Assembly: GCA_051294375.1 (NCBI GenBank)
Contig: CM119266.1
Location: 20,500,990-20,564,779, forward strand
Reading direction: 5' to 3'
Length of the DNA stretch: 63,790 bases
DNA from: Paraspadella gotoi
Taxonomy: Eukaryota; Animalia; Chaetognatha
Position 1 is the stretch's first letter. Each line of letters starts with the position of its first letter. The notes under the pieces were generated by a model. The model was not told the DNA's origin. It saw only the letters and a program-made list of their open reading frames with translations, and did not search any database. Shown here one piece after another: positions 40,373 through 53,100 of this stretch. Made by a program: the position numbers and the translations under genes.

Positions 40373-40570
40373 TTGAAAGAGGTTTGAAAGAAGATTTAAA
40401 AGAGGTTTAAAAGAAAATTTGAAAGAGGTTTGAAAGAGGTTTGAAAGAGATTTGAAAGAGATTTGAAAGAGGTTTGAAAGAAGATTTGAAAGAGGTCTGA
40501 AAGATTAGAAATCAGATTTGAAAGAGGTTTGAAAGATTAGAAAGTAGATCTGAAAGAGGTTTGAAAGAGG
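40373..40570 (+). repeat. 11 bp minisatellite (TTTGAAAGAGG/A)n; duplicate at ~32845-33045
   Basis: Direct tandem units GAAAGAGGTTT / GAAAGAGATTT. Confidence 0.85.
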
Positions 40571-40783
40571 ACGTAAAGAGCTGAGGAGGGAAAGAATAAG
40601 AAGGAAAAGAGGAAAGAATATCTTCGTTGTCGGCGCCGACGAGAAAAACCGATTTCGGTCCAAAATGGCGCCGGTCCTTTTCTCGATTCCCGAACCGATA
40701 AATTACGCGGCGGCCGAAGGAGCTGACCGAAAGCCGCCCGCGCGACGTCACCGCAGCCGCCGCAGCAGCCGCCGCCGCCGCCG

Positions 40784-40829
<46 letters not shown>

Positions 40830-41171
40830 CTCTCATACCGCCGCCACCGACGCCCGTGATAGTGTCGTCGCCGCCGTTTCCAGCGTCAACACCTCGACTT
40901 GATGTAAATCCTCGAACAATGTTGATGACGGCGTCTCCTTTCTCGCCACAGACGCACGCCTTCGTTCCACATCAGTCACGACTCTTCCCGTCATCGTGAC
41001 CGCAGCCGCCGTCGCCGCTGCCGCCGCTACCGAGTCGTGGCTGCGTCGGCGCCTCCTCCTAAGCAAAACCTCCTTCCTCATTAAAATTTCTCCACTCGAC
41101 GTCAGCGGCGAGGAATATTCTTTTATCGCGCCGCCATCCCCATTGTCTTTCCCGATTTACTCATTTATTCC

Positions 41172-41208
<37 letters not shown>

Positions 41209-41216
41209 CTCTCTCT

Positions 41217-41264
<48 letters not shown>

Positions 41265-42316
41265 CTACTCTACTACTCTACTACTCTACTGTACAAAAAA
41301 TGTTCATTATTATTTGTATTTGTATCTTCATCGAAATGAAATTTTATGTCTCTCCCTCTGTATCTCTTTTTATATCGCCATCATTATCTCGAAAAGAGGG
41401 TCGTTAAATTTTAATAAAATGAGACGGACTCTCAGTTTTAATTATTAGAAATTAACCAAGACTGATGATGCGTATAATTTATCTGGTGCTCGTTAAGATT
41501 TCTTTCGGAAGATGAATACAAATTGAATACATGTATTCAATATACACGAGGCCTGTATACTGTGTAGTAGTATACTGTATATAGTCTATACAGCTACAGG
41601 CTGTCTTTACAAAAAGGATAAACAATCTTCTACAAATTATTTCTTTTGTTCGAATGATAGAGTCATTTTTAACTACATCCAATTTCACGTTATAAAGTTT
41701 CTTTATAGTTCTTACAAATGTCTTTCCTACGTTTGGCATTCCCCGTTTCGGTCCATTCCGTTTAACAAACGATCAACTTTTTTTTTAAAAACAGGTTTGT
41801 TGTTCATTTGTTCAGGCAACGGTAATCGATGGTGGCGCCATTTTCCTCTGCCCGAAAAAAAAACTGTAAAAACAAGAAAGAAAAATCTCGCGAAAATGTT
41901 TGGGTGGGGAAACAAGTTTTTTATTTTCCCTTAGACATTTTTTTTTTGGTTAAGAAAAGTAAGATAGATAGAAAAAGAGAGAGAGAGAGGGAGAGAGATG
42001 AAGAGTATAAAAGAGAAGAAAAGTGTTTTGATGTAATTTAAGGAGCAGCTGCAGCAAAATCGAGACTTACTTTCTACTATGTCAAGATTTTATTAATCAC
42101 TCATCCTCTGTCTCATTCTTTTTATTTTTCTCTTCTGCTTCGAACTGCAAAGAATTTGCGAGGAGAAAGGGCAAAGGTTAAGAGAGAAGAGAGTGAAGGA
42201 AGAGAAGGGAAAAGTTGCAAAGTCTTGAGACCCACGAGGTCCCTAAACAAAGAAAATGTCAGAATCGGAAATGAGACTAGAACAACCTCTCTCGCTTAAA
42301 AGGAGGGAGTTGGGAA

Positions 42317-42438
<122 letters not shown>

Positions 42439-42772
42439 ATTGGAATCCAAGATCTCGTGATTTTTTTTCAATCGGTCGGGGATTGAGCGTTGACAGAAAA
42501 ATCTCAACCCTGATTTCCGATTGATCCCAGATTCCTTCTCTTTTCCTTCCCTTTCCTTTTTACGCGCAGACGCTGTCTCGCTCTCTGTTCGACTCCCTCT
42601 CTGTCTCCCGGGCGACTTCCGCCCGGCTTCCAGATGCGTCGACGCAAATTAAATTCGTTCGAAGTTCAGGTTTCCTCGATTTTTAAAATTTATTCCTTCG
42701 AAGATAAATCTCTGGCATCGCGAGGTTTGAAGGCGGGAAAATCGGAAGCGAGATTGGACGATTTGTGGTGTA

Positions 42773-43323
42773 GGATGTGGGCGACATCTGGAGGATCTCG
42801 GAGAAGGGGATGGAGTGGCATTGAAGGAAAGGGGGATGTGGGCAACATCTGGAGGATGTGGGCAACCTCTTGAGGATGTGGGCGACATCTGGAGAAGCTC
42901 GGAGAAGGAGATGGAGTGGCATTGAAAGAAAGGGGGATGTGGGTATTATCTTGAGGATGTGGGCAACATTTGGAGGACGTGGGCGATATCTGGAGGAGCT
43001 CGGAGAAGGGGATGGAGTGGCATTTAAGGAAAGGGGTATGTGGGTGACATCTGGAGGATGTGGGCAACATCTGGAAGACGTGGGCGACATCTGGAGGAGC
43101 TAGGAGAAGGTGATGGAGTGGCATTGAAAAAAAGGGGGATGTGGGTGACATCTGAAGGATGTGGGCAACATCTGGAGGACGTGGGCGACATCTGGAGGAG
43201 CTTGGAGAAGAGGATGGAGTGGCATTGAATCAAAGGGGGATGTAGGTAACATCTGGAGGATGTGGGCAACATCTGGAGGATCTCGGAGAAGGAGATGGAG
43301 TGACATTGAAGGAAAGGGGATGT
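42773..43323 (+). repeat. Higher-order minisatellite, ~100 bp period: three 20-mers plus one 41-mer
   Basis: A = GATGTGGGC(A/G)ACATCTGGAG and B = GAGCTCGGAGAAGGGGATGGAGTGGCATTGAAGGAAAGGGG, arranged A-B-(AAA-B)x4-AA-B. Confidence 0.9.
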
Positions 43324-44784
43324 CTTGAGCGGGAAATTAAGAGAGGGGAATTTGGTGTCATGAGGCCCAAGTCATTGGTACAACCAATATAATAATTATC
43401 AATTCATTGAATAAATAAGCTATTAAGTTTGAGCTATATTTGGACAAGCAAAAGTGTAAAAAAAGTAAGGCTGCTGACGAAAAGTAAGTTGTGATACTCG
43501 GATTAGGTTGAGCACAGGACACAGCAGCGATTCTCTAAGACGGCTTGCGTAATGCGTAATGCGCAATGCGTATAGAGTTATTGACTAAGGGAGAGTAACT
43601 CAACCATCTGCTGGTAACACCCCTTTTATACGACGGTCGTTATCTTAATCTGCCGCGGTTGTTGAAATCGAGTTAGATTTAGTATTTAATTAAAATGAAA
43701 TTATCGCCGACGCGAAATCAGCGAATGAGATTGGTCGATGACAGGAACGATAAAAAAGCCAATTGAATGGTCGCTTGTGCTGCGAGAGGAGAGAGGAGAT
43801 AAATGGGGGGGAAGATGGAATAAGATGGAGGGAATTACAGGAGATGGTGGAAGACGAAATATAAATGAAGAATTAAAGTGAAAGAGGATTAGCAAAAAAT
43901 ACGTAGAAGAAAAAGAAAAAAGAAAAAAGAAGAAAGAGACAAGCATTAAGAATGGAGCAAGCATTTAATACAAAGGCCAAAGCTTTTTTTTAAAAATTTG
44001 TTTACTTTCGCGCGCGAAGAGCATTAAGAGGCGATGTCGGTTCTAGGTTCACAAGAAGAAAGGGATCAGAATCTCATCTCAGATTTCTGTTTAGGCTGAG
44101 AGAAGTCGTTGGGTTTTTTTGGGTCGATGTCGACGACGACGACGACCAAAAAGTAGGTTTTCCTCCACTAACTTTCGATCGAAGTTCCCGGGGTTTTTTT
44201 TCTCTCTACTCTCCAGAGTTAAACATCGCCTTCGGTTTTGGAGAGAAATATTTGGAAAAAGGGGTTAAAGCCGGAAGATCCCCGCGGACCGTGACGACTG
44301 ACGAGGCACGACTTTTGACTGCGTGCGAAGCCTATCATCTCTCTCTCTCACTCCGTGCGTGCACTTAGGCGTTTGGAGGAAAAAAGTGGAAAGGTCTAGA
44401 TCGGGCGCAAGTTGTGTTGGCTCTTCCTGGCGCAGATGCCTCACAATAAAATTTGGATCATTGTAAACGTGAGATAGAATTCACTGGGAAAAAAAATGAC
44501 GGAGGATTTGAGCATTGATGATTCGCTCATTGGACATTGGATAATGGACATTGCAATACAGAGAATTTCTAGTCAGGACTCTTCTGTATTCCTATTGTAA
44601 ATAAGACTAAGTCAGTAATTTTATTTAAGAAAACTATCAGACTAAAAATAAAACTACTCGTCATACTTGTCATATTAAATTATGCTAGAACTAAGCGTAG
44701 AACATTAAGGCGAATCAAAATATTTATTTCAAAATCATTCATAAGCAATAGCACAATAGCACAATTTTGATAAAAGTTACAAAA

Positions 44785-46598
44785 CTAGTCGAGAGCCTCA
44801 AGTTCCAAAGACTCGAGGAGACCCTTCTCGCAAAACAAGGCGCACCCCAACCAAGCGACCACGCCCATCAACGCTCCCCAAAAGAAACCGAACGTCCAAA
44901 AGGCGCAGCAGAAGTCACGACGTCTTCCGCCGCCGCAGCTGAGCCGCATCATCCGCAGCAGAGATGGGCTTCTTCTTAATCTGTTAATTAGAGAGAGATA
45001 GGGGCGATGGAAAAAGGTGTCAAGGATCTTAATAAAAAATATATCAATTCAAATAAAAATAATCGCTATGCCGGGTCGCCTGTCACTCCTTTTTCAATTT
45101 TCTCGAATCAAGTTTTATCGTCAAAATTAAATATCATACATTGTTTCTATTATTATTACGATGGTAGGTAGGAAAATTTGTCTCGTTAAACTTAATTATT
45201 CAATATCATTACGCAGAGCCGTCATTAATTTATTTATGAGTCAAGCACCTCTGTAATTGTTTGTAATAACTCGTTCTGATTTGAAAGTCACGTTTTTTTT
45301 CTCGCCCGATTTCTTCTCGTGGGACAAAAAAAAACTTGTCACGGGGCAAATTTTCATTTATTTATAAACCGGTTCTGATTTAGTAATAACTTACTGCGAT
45401 CGTCAAACCTGTTACAGTTAAGACTTCTAAATAAATCGAGTCTCAGCGGAATTTGACATCATTTGCAATCCAGTTTTTGGTTGGTCAGTCATCACGTTAT
45501 AGTCGTGCGTGTGGGCACAATCACAAAATTTATGTGAAAATAAAAGTTTTAGCAAATTGTAAAAAAACTTTACTTGATTTTTGTTAGTATTGAAAATTAA
45601 TTATTTTATATTATATATGTTACCAGACCAGATACACTTTTAACACGGGATGAACGGACGAACCCGTGCCCCTTCAAATTTCGTTTTCTCTATTCATATC
45701 ACTTTCAAATCGAAATTAAATTAATTTTTTAAATTATAAATTCTAAAGATTAAGTTTTAGGGATTTAGTTAAGGGTTAGATTATAGATTAAGGTTTGAGA
45801 TTAGTGTTAGAGAACGGTTTAGGGTTTGGGTTAGTGATTAAGGTTAGCGATTGGGTTATAAGTTTAAAAATTTATCAAATATTAATATTAAAATTAAATT
45901 ATGGGATAAAGGAACAGAAATACGGCGCGTTTGGAAAATAGAGCCCAATAATCACCCCCCCCCCAAACGTACCGCTGCTCGTCCTCATCATCCTCCTGCT
46001 CCTCCTCCTCCTCCTTTTTCTCCTTCCGTTTGACGCGCTCCTTCATCTTGGCCCCGCCCTCCTTCGCCCTCCCTACGCAAAAGACGAGAAAGATGCCGCA
46101 GTAGACGCAGCTGACGCAGCAGGGGACGCCGACGAGGATTCCAAGAACAGCGCCGGCGGGAATGGCGAGGATGCAGGCGAAGCGGAAGCAGCCCGTCGAG
46201 TTGGTCGTCGCGTCGACGAGAGTTTGGGTGGAGTTGATCGAAGATGCGGACGGTGTAGAGGCGAATGGAGAGAAGGGGGCGAAGGGTGCGGCGAGGGTGT
46301 CGTTGAAGGATCGCTCGCGGTGGTCTTCGTTGGAGGTTAACGTTCTTTTATCGACCCACGTGAGCGACGACGAGGACCACATGGAGTCCACTCCACTGTA
46401 ATAGACGACGATCGAAGCGACGATGAAAAGAACTAATAAGAAAACGACGACGACGCCGTTGAGCATCCATCCCGACCAACGCCACCTTCCGCCTTCATCT
46501 TTAAAGTCTTTTTTTGGAGGCAGCAACGGCCGTCGGGAATCGTCGAGGCTGCCCTCGTGGCACGAGGCCGACGGGCCTTTCGAGGAGGTCGCGGTCAT
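44785..46598 (-). CDS. Uncharacterised two-exon membrane protein, ~273 aa, three predicted TM segments
   Basis: Exon 1 is 46598-45973 (ATG to CAGCG|GTACGT, phase 2). Exon 2 is 44980-44785 (CTAATTAACAG| acceptor; open in the matching phase to TAG: RLRRSPSLLRMMRLSCGGGRRRDFCCAFWTFGFFWGALMGVVAWLGCALFCEKGLLESLELEALD*). Both exons are GC-rich islands with GTC/GCC/TTC codon use like the ABCC exons. No recognisable domain. Confidence 0.6.
45720..45944. mobile_element. Telomere-repeat MITE family copy inside the intron of the orphan TM gene
   Basis: Degenerate TTAGGG tract ending GGATAAAGGAACAGAAATACGGCGCGTTTGGAAAATAGAGCC. Left TIR and TSD not recognisable; left boundary approximate. Confidence 0.55.
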
Positions 46599-47279
46599 CG
46601 GCTCAGGTGGAGATCGCCTTCATTTTGATGCTCATTATGTCTTCCTTCAGTTTTCTCATTAAAATTATTAAAATCCAAACATTTTGAAGATTTTTTTTTT
46701 TGTTTGACAAATTTCTAGTTTCTCTTGAGATGAAAAATCTAGACAGATCGAATTTCCAATTCTTTCGGAATTAAAGTCATTAAAAAACCGGATTTCTCGA
46801 CCTCAAGGATCGTCACGTTCGCTTCCCTGTAATTAAGCGTGGATGCGAATATATTAGATATATCAAATTGGTACAACCAAAGAAAACATTATCATTACAT
46901 GTAATAAATGAATGTGACTATATAATAGGATTTTTTAAATTTTAATATAAAGAAGAATTAAATGATTCCAACCTTGAGAGAGATGGCGTAATGTTCAATT
47001 TTATTATTTGTAGATGTTGATTCAAATTTATCTTCACCCAGTTTTTTCAACTAAACAATTGGGAAAAAAAACTAAACCTTTATAGTTTATTTTTTAAAAA
47101 TTTAAATTTCAACATCACATAGGCCAAAAATGGTTACGTTGACGTCAATAGTTTTTTTTTTCTCACGAGTTACAAACAAATGAGGTGCATAAGTAGCGGT
47201 AGCCGACCAAATTCAAATTTTAATGGGAACAGCATTAAACTAATCCATTATTGGTATTAATTATTGTGTTAAAATATTT

Positions 47280-47600
47280 TTTTGCAAAAATGTTCCAAAC
47301 CAATTCGCTAATTTTAAGTTTTTTTAATTGATTCTGCTAGAGCTTAAAAAGTTAAGCAAAAAATATAATAACAACTTTTTAAAATTTTGATGTTTTATTA
47401 CTAAAAATTAGTAAAAACTGCTAAAATCATCGGATGATGATGATGATGATGATTTTTTAAGGTTTTTCTCAATTTAAACCCACTTATCATCAAAATATTG
47501 AAAAAAGAATTATACTTTGTGTAGATAACTTTTCATAAGCTATTTGAATCTGCTTTTAAAAATAAAAAATTCAAAAAAAATATTTTTGACATTTCCTATC
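47280..47600. mobile_element. Second copy of the fold-back MITE-like repeat, between the divergent genes
   Basis: TAGAGCTTAAAAAGTTA (47338-47354), (GAT)n centre and TAACTTTTCATAAGCT (47526-47541). Its reverse complement aligns by eye with 26090-26230. Confidence 0.55.
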
Positions 47601-48220
47601 TATAAATAAATATTAAAAAATTAATTACTAATGCTTCTTGCCATTTTAGAAAATTTTGCTCCATTGAAAGTTTTCTCAGAAATGTATAAAGTTTCATTTG
47701 GAAAGGTTCCCAAATCAAACTTCTGACCCACCCCACTGACGAAGTTTGGCTCTAACCTAATAACTACTTATATTGTCAATATATATTTTTCATAATTATC
47801 ACAAACGACTGATAAAATTATTTTGAAATTATTAACATTTCCAAAAATAGATCACGCGTAGCGATTTCAAAAAAGTTTTTAAATTCGGGAAACATTGCGC
47901 AATTTAATTTTTTAAAAAGAAGGAGCTCTCGCCGATAATAAGACTTTCTTCAAAAATCGTGTTCTAACTTTTTTTTCCGCTGGATCGAGGATCCGTTTCG
48001 CCGAAAAAAAAAACTTTCTGTTTAAACAAATTCTCAAAACTCAAAAGGAGCGATAAGAAAAAAAGATTAAAAGTCAAAAGAATATATACTCAGGTTAAAC
48101 GAATTCGAATTGGGACATATTGTTAATATAAAAGCTAAAAATATTATAAAATTAAAGTAAACGATAACTTTTCAGGTTGGATTAGTAAGTAAAAAGTGGA
48201 GATCGCTCGATCATTAAGTT

Positions 48221-48266
<46 letters not shown>

Positions 48267-48348
48267 AATGACAAACAGTGACCTTCTTTCCCAGTACAAA
48301 TAAAGATACTGATTCTCGGCTTAAAAAGCCCGAAAAAAAAAAACCACG

Positions 48349-50081
48349 ATGACCGACTTCTTGTCTTACGCGTGCGCTTCGTTCGCCGCCGCCGACGCCG
48401 CCTCCGTAGCCCCGCTTCCGCCCTTCGCCGCCTGGAACGCCACCGAGCATAACCTGACGCCATGTTTCGTGGATCTCGTCCTCGTGGCCACGCCCTCCGC
48501 CCTTGTCTTAATCTCCTCCGTATTTTTCCTCTGTTGTGCGTCAAACTCGCGTCGTCGTCGTCGTCGATTTTGGTCGCTAGATGGATTCGCTACGGCGTCA
48601 CTCTCTCTTCTTCCTCCCGCTTCGGTATTCGTCGACTACCTCGCCAACGGCGTCGCCGTCGTCACGCCGATGGGACTGGCGTGCCGCTCTTTATGCGGCG
48701 TCGCTTGGTGTTCGTCTATCCTTTCGGCTATTGGGACCCGGCGCCGATTCCCGTTCGGCGCCGGAATCTTCTCGTCCTTCGCTCGACTCTTACTTCTTCT
48801 CTCCGCCGCCGGCGTCGTTTTTTGGAGCCTCGTGACGCTCATCGGCGAAGAAAAGAACAACAACGACATCGACGCCATCTTCCTTCTCTTCTACGCCGCG
48901 TTTCTGTTCGTCCTTCTCATCCGCGACGCCGTCGACGATTGCCGAGACTCCGGCGTCGAATCCTCTGAGGAATCGGCGTCACTTCTCTCGGATTCCACGC
49001 GGCGCTACGAGTCGATTCCGGACGCCTCTTCCTCCTCCTCTTCTTCCTCTTCCCTCCCCGTGGCCGAGAAGGCCTCGATCTTCAGCCGCGCATTCTTTCT
49101 CTGGGTCTTCCCGCTGCTCCGCCGCGGCGAGGAGATCCGCTGCGTCGACGACGTCTTTCTGCCGCCGGAAAACTTGAATCTGCGTCGACTTGAGGAGAAG
49201 ATGATGGAAGAATTCGAAGTCGAACGGAAGGCGAGGTATGAAGTTGTTTGTTTTTTTTAGTTTTCATTGATTTTAATATTAATATTAAGCTTAATTTTAC
49301 ATTCGCCCGCTAGAGTTACTGGTCGTTGAGGGTGGTTTATTGGTTTTTTAGGGTTAGGGGTGGTTTGGATTAGGAGGGGTTTAGGGTTAAGGTTACGGTT
49401 AGAGTAGTTAGGTAATAATTTTTCCCTTTTTTTTTCAAGTAATAAAATTTTCATACATTGTTTCTCATAAAAAGCGAAAAATCCTTGTCGGCGGATGTAA
49501 AATTTTAACATTTTTATGCAAGTATAAAAAATTAAAACCCGCCCAGACGCCCAGTGCGCCGCACTACACGGTACACAATCTCCATATATTTCCTAGAACG
49601 CAACGAGCCGAGCGCCCGACTTCCCTCGAATTACACGTCCCGGCGTCCGACGATCCAGCGACGAGCGACTCTCGCCTCTCTCGAGCTCGGGCCACGCCCA
49701 CTTCCGTCCCCAACGCCTTCCGCGTTTTCCTTCGTCTCTTCGGCCTCGAATTCTTCCTCGTCGGTTTCCTCCGCTTCATCGCCTTCATCCTCCTCATCAT
49801 CGGCCCCATCATCCAGAATCGTCTCCTCCTTTGGATGCAAGACCCCGTCGGGTCCTCAGAGTCGTGGACGACGAGCTGGAGTTGGGGTTACGCTCTGGCG
49901 GCGCTCTTGATGATCGACGACGTCTGCATGTCGTTGGTCTTCACGCAGTTTCGTTATCACATTCGTAAATTGGCGTTGAAGGTGAGAGAGATGAGACGAT
50001 GGTTGGAGTGAGACGGAGTGAGATACGGATTCGTTCTGACGGCGCGGAATTAATGTCTATATAAAATTAAAAAGGACGGAA

Positions 50082-50121
<40 letters not shown>

Positions 50122-53100
50122 TTCACGCAGAGCCTGAGAAAATTTAGGTGGTTTAAACGGCGGCCACCCGGCTTTTCTTATCCGTGAAGGCGTTGGTCGA
50201 AAACAGAAAACCTGTTTCAAGATTGACCAAGGGGCAGAAAGAAAGGAGCCTTTGAGAGTTTTTATTAAGAAACTAATTGACGACGACGACGACGATGATG
50301 ATGATGATCACGATGATTAATACGATGAAGATTTCGGCCTCTATCAGTTATGTGCCTCAATCTAACTAGATTATAGATTATATTAATTATAATAATTATG
50401 ATAATCTTTCAATTATAATAGAAATAAGAAGAAAGGCAGAACCCGAGGCCGAGAGCTCTTATCGATGTAAAAAAATAATTTATTTTCACCTATTAGGCCA
50501 TCTGTGAAATTTTTATTTTTATAATTCGTAAGTTATATAGTAATTTAAACTTGTGTGAAAAAAGATTTAATTGATTTGTGCTTAGGTTCGCAGCACGACT
50601 GCTCTGCTCATCTTTCGCAAGCTCCTGTCGCTGCGGACTCCCGCCCGCTCGAAATTCTCCAGTGGCTCCACCATCAACCTCGTCTCCACCGACTGCGTGA
50701 GGATCGAGACCTTCGTCAACTTCTTCCACGACCTCTGGGTGGTGCCGATCTGCATCCTCCAGGTCATCTACCTGCTCTACCAGCAAATCGGGCTGGCCTT
50801 TCTCGCCAGCGTCGGCTACATCATTCTCTCCGCTCCGCTGGGTCACATCATGAGCACGGGGTGGTACAAGTTTGGTTGGAAGGAGATAAACAAAAGGACA
50901 GACGGATAAAGATGATGCGGTGAGAGGAGAGAGAGAGAGAGAGAAGGGAGAGAGAGAGAGAGGAGAGAAGAGAGAAGACGCAAATGGAGAGAGAAGAGAG
51001 AGAGAGAAGGAGGAGAGAGAGGACTGACTGACTGACTGAGGCTCTACCTTCTTTTGATCCACGTAGGGAAATCCTGAGTGGCATCAAAGTAATAAAGTTT
51101 CAATCGTGGGAATCCGCCTTTCTCGATAAAATCAAATCCATCCGCGACTCGGAACTACTTTTTCTACGAAAGGCAAAAATCTACGACGGATGTTCGATGG
51201 TTTACTTCCAGGTTCCTACGCCAAAAATTAAAATTCATAAATGCATAAAGACATAAAGACTAATTTTTTTCCGCAATCTATACACAAAATAGGCGACGCC
51301 GACGATGATGGCAGTTCTGGCATTTGCCACATTCGCCATCACCGGCAACGCCTTCACCGCCGCTCGCATCTTCACCTCTCTTTCTCTATTCAATATTCTC
51401 ATCGATCCTCTTCTCAGTATCCCGCGCAACATCGGTAAACATATTTTATGTTTGAAAATAGTTTATTAATGTTACAAGATTACTTATTTTACCATTCTTC
51501 ATTATAATGAATAAATGAATAAATAATTCATTTAAGATTTTTACTGTTAAATTTGAAACATCTTTAATACATTTACGAAGATTTGAGAGGGTTATCTAAG
51601 TTGTGTTGTTTAAAAAGCATTACTGTTTTTAAAGAGGTCCAAATTTCAAGTTTTAATTATTTCATTTGTTTAATTTCCTTTATTTGATTAAAGGTATTTT
51701 CATCGAGGCGAAAATCTCTTACCATCGAATCAACAAATTTCTTAATTTGCCGGAGAATCAGGGGATTCTGGATGAGGAAGAGGAGGATAAGGAGGAGGAA
51801 GAAGAAGAGGGCGCGGACGACGTTTTCCGCGACGACGTCGAAGATTTGATTCGAATCAGAGACGCAGATTTTTCGTGGGAGATCGACGACGGCGTCTCTT
51901 ACGCCGACGTCAACGAAGCAGACGATTCGTCGAAAAAAGACGAGGAACAAAAGACATCGCCGCCACCAGAGGACGCCTACTCCTTCTCTCTGACCGGCGT
52001 GGATTTCTTTCTCAAAGCCGGAGAATTTATCGGGGTCGTCGGCGCCGTCGGAGCCGGAAAGAGTTCGCTCCTCTCGGCGCTTCTCGGCGACTTGACGCTC
52101 ATCCGCGGCGCCGCGTCGCTGAGTCCCGAATGGCGCCGAAGACCCGTGGCGTTGGTGGCGCAAGAATCCTGGCTGCAACAGGCGACCATCAAAGAGAACG
52201 TCCTATTCGGGCGCGACTTTCGTCCGGCGTGGTTCGAGGAGGTCTTACGCGTCTGTCAGATGGACGACGACGTGGCGCTCTTTCCCGCCGGCGTCGACAC
52301 CGAGATCGGCGAAAACGGCGTCACTCTCAGCGGCGGACAAAAGGCGCGCGTGGCGTTGGCGCGCGCCGTATACGCCGACGCCGACGTGCTCTTCATCGAC
52401 GATCCCTTCGCCGCCGTCGACCCGGACGTCGCGGAGAAGATCTTCGACGAGTGCGTCGACGGGGTCCTGCGGAGGAAGACCCGGATCCTCTGCACGCATC
52501 ACGAGAAGTTCCTTCGCAAGGCCGACAGGATCGTTGTCGTCGAGGACGGGAGAGTCTCCAGGGTCGGGTCCCCGGATGTAATACTTCGCGACGAAGAATT
52601 GGAAGAGACTTTTCGCAAACGGGAGAGGATGTTGAGTCTCGGCGAAAATCCCGTCGACGACGGCGTCCAGGGTGAAGCCAAACTCGTGGACGACGAGGAC
52701 AAGAGAACGGGCGTCGTCGACTTCAAAGTTTGGTGGGCCTACATTTCCTACACGGGCAAGAAGGTTGGCGTGTTCGTGATCTGCGCCATCGTCGCTATGC
52801 ACTCGTTACACATTTGTATGGATATTTGGATGGTGATTTGGGTGCGGATGACTTACGCGCATCCCAATGCAACGCTTTCCAACGAGACCGCCTATAACGA
52901 GACCTTGATTTACTTCGACGACGAAGCGTTGGATGCGACGAATTCCACCCCGTGGTTTTCCTTGCGAGAGCCTTCCGACAATCTCTATACTTATCTCGCC
53001 GTCTACTTCTCTCTCTTCATCATCCAATTCATCACCACCATCTCCCACATCTTCGTCATTATCCTCGCCGGCATCGAATGCTCCCGTCGGATTCACGAAG

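Noticed and set aside
42773-43323. CRISPR-like look of palindromic repeats with spacers, and ORFs over the array
   Set aside because: The spacers are near-identical to each other, the context is eukaryotic and there are no cas genes. The ~100 bp period does not hold a single frame and stops occur.
49340-49412. TTAGGG-like tract in ABCC10 intron 1 as a telomere or MITE copy
   Set aside because: Short and degenerate, and it lacks the family head motif.
51875-52802. Arg-rich alternative-frame and antisense ORFs over ABCC10 exon 6
   Set aside because: Shadow ORFs of GC-rich coding sequence.
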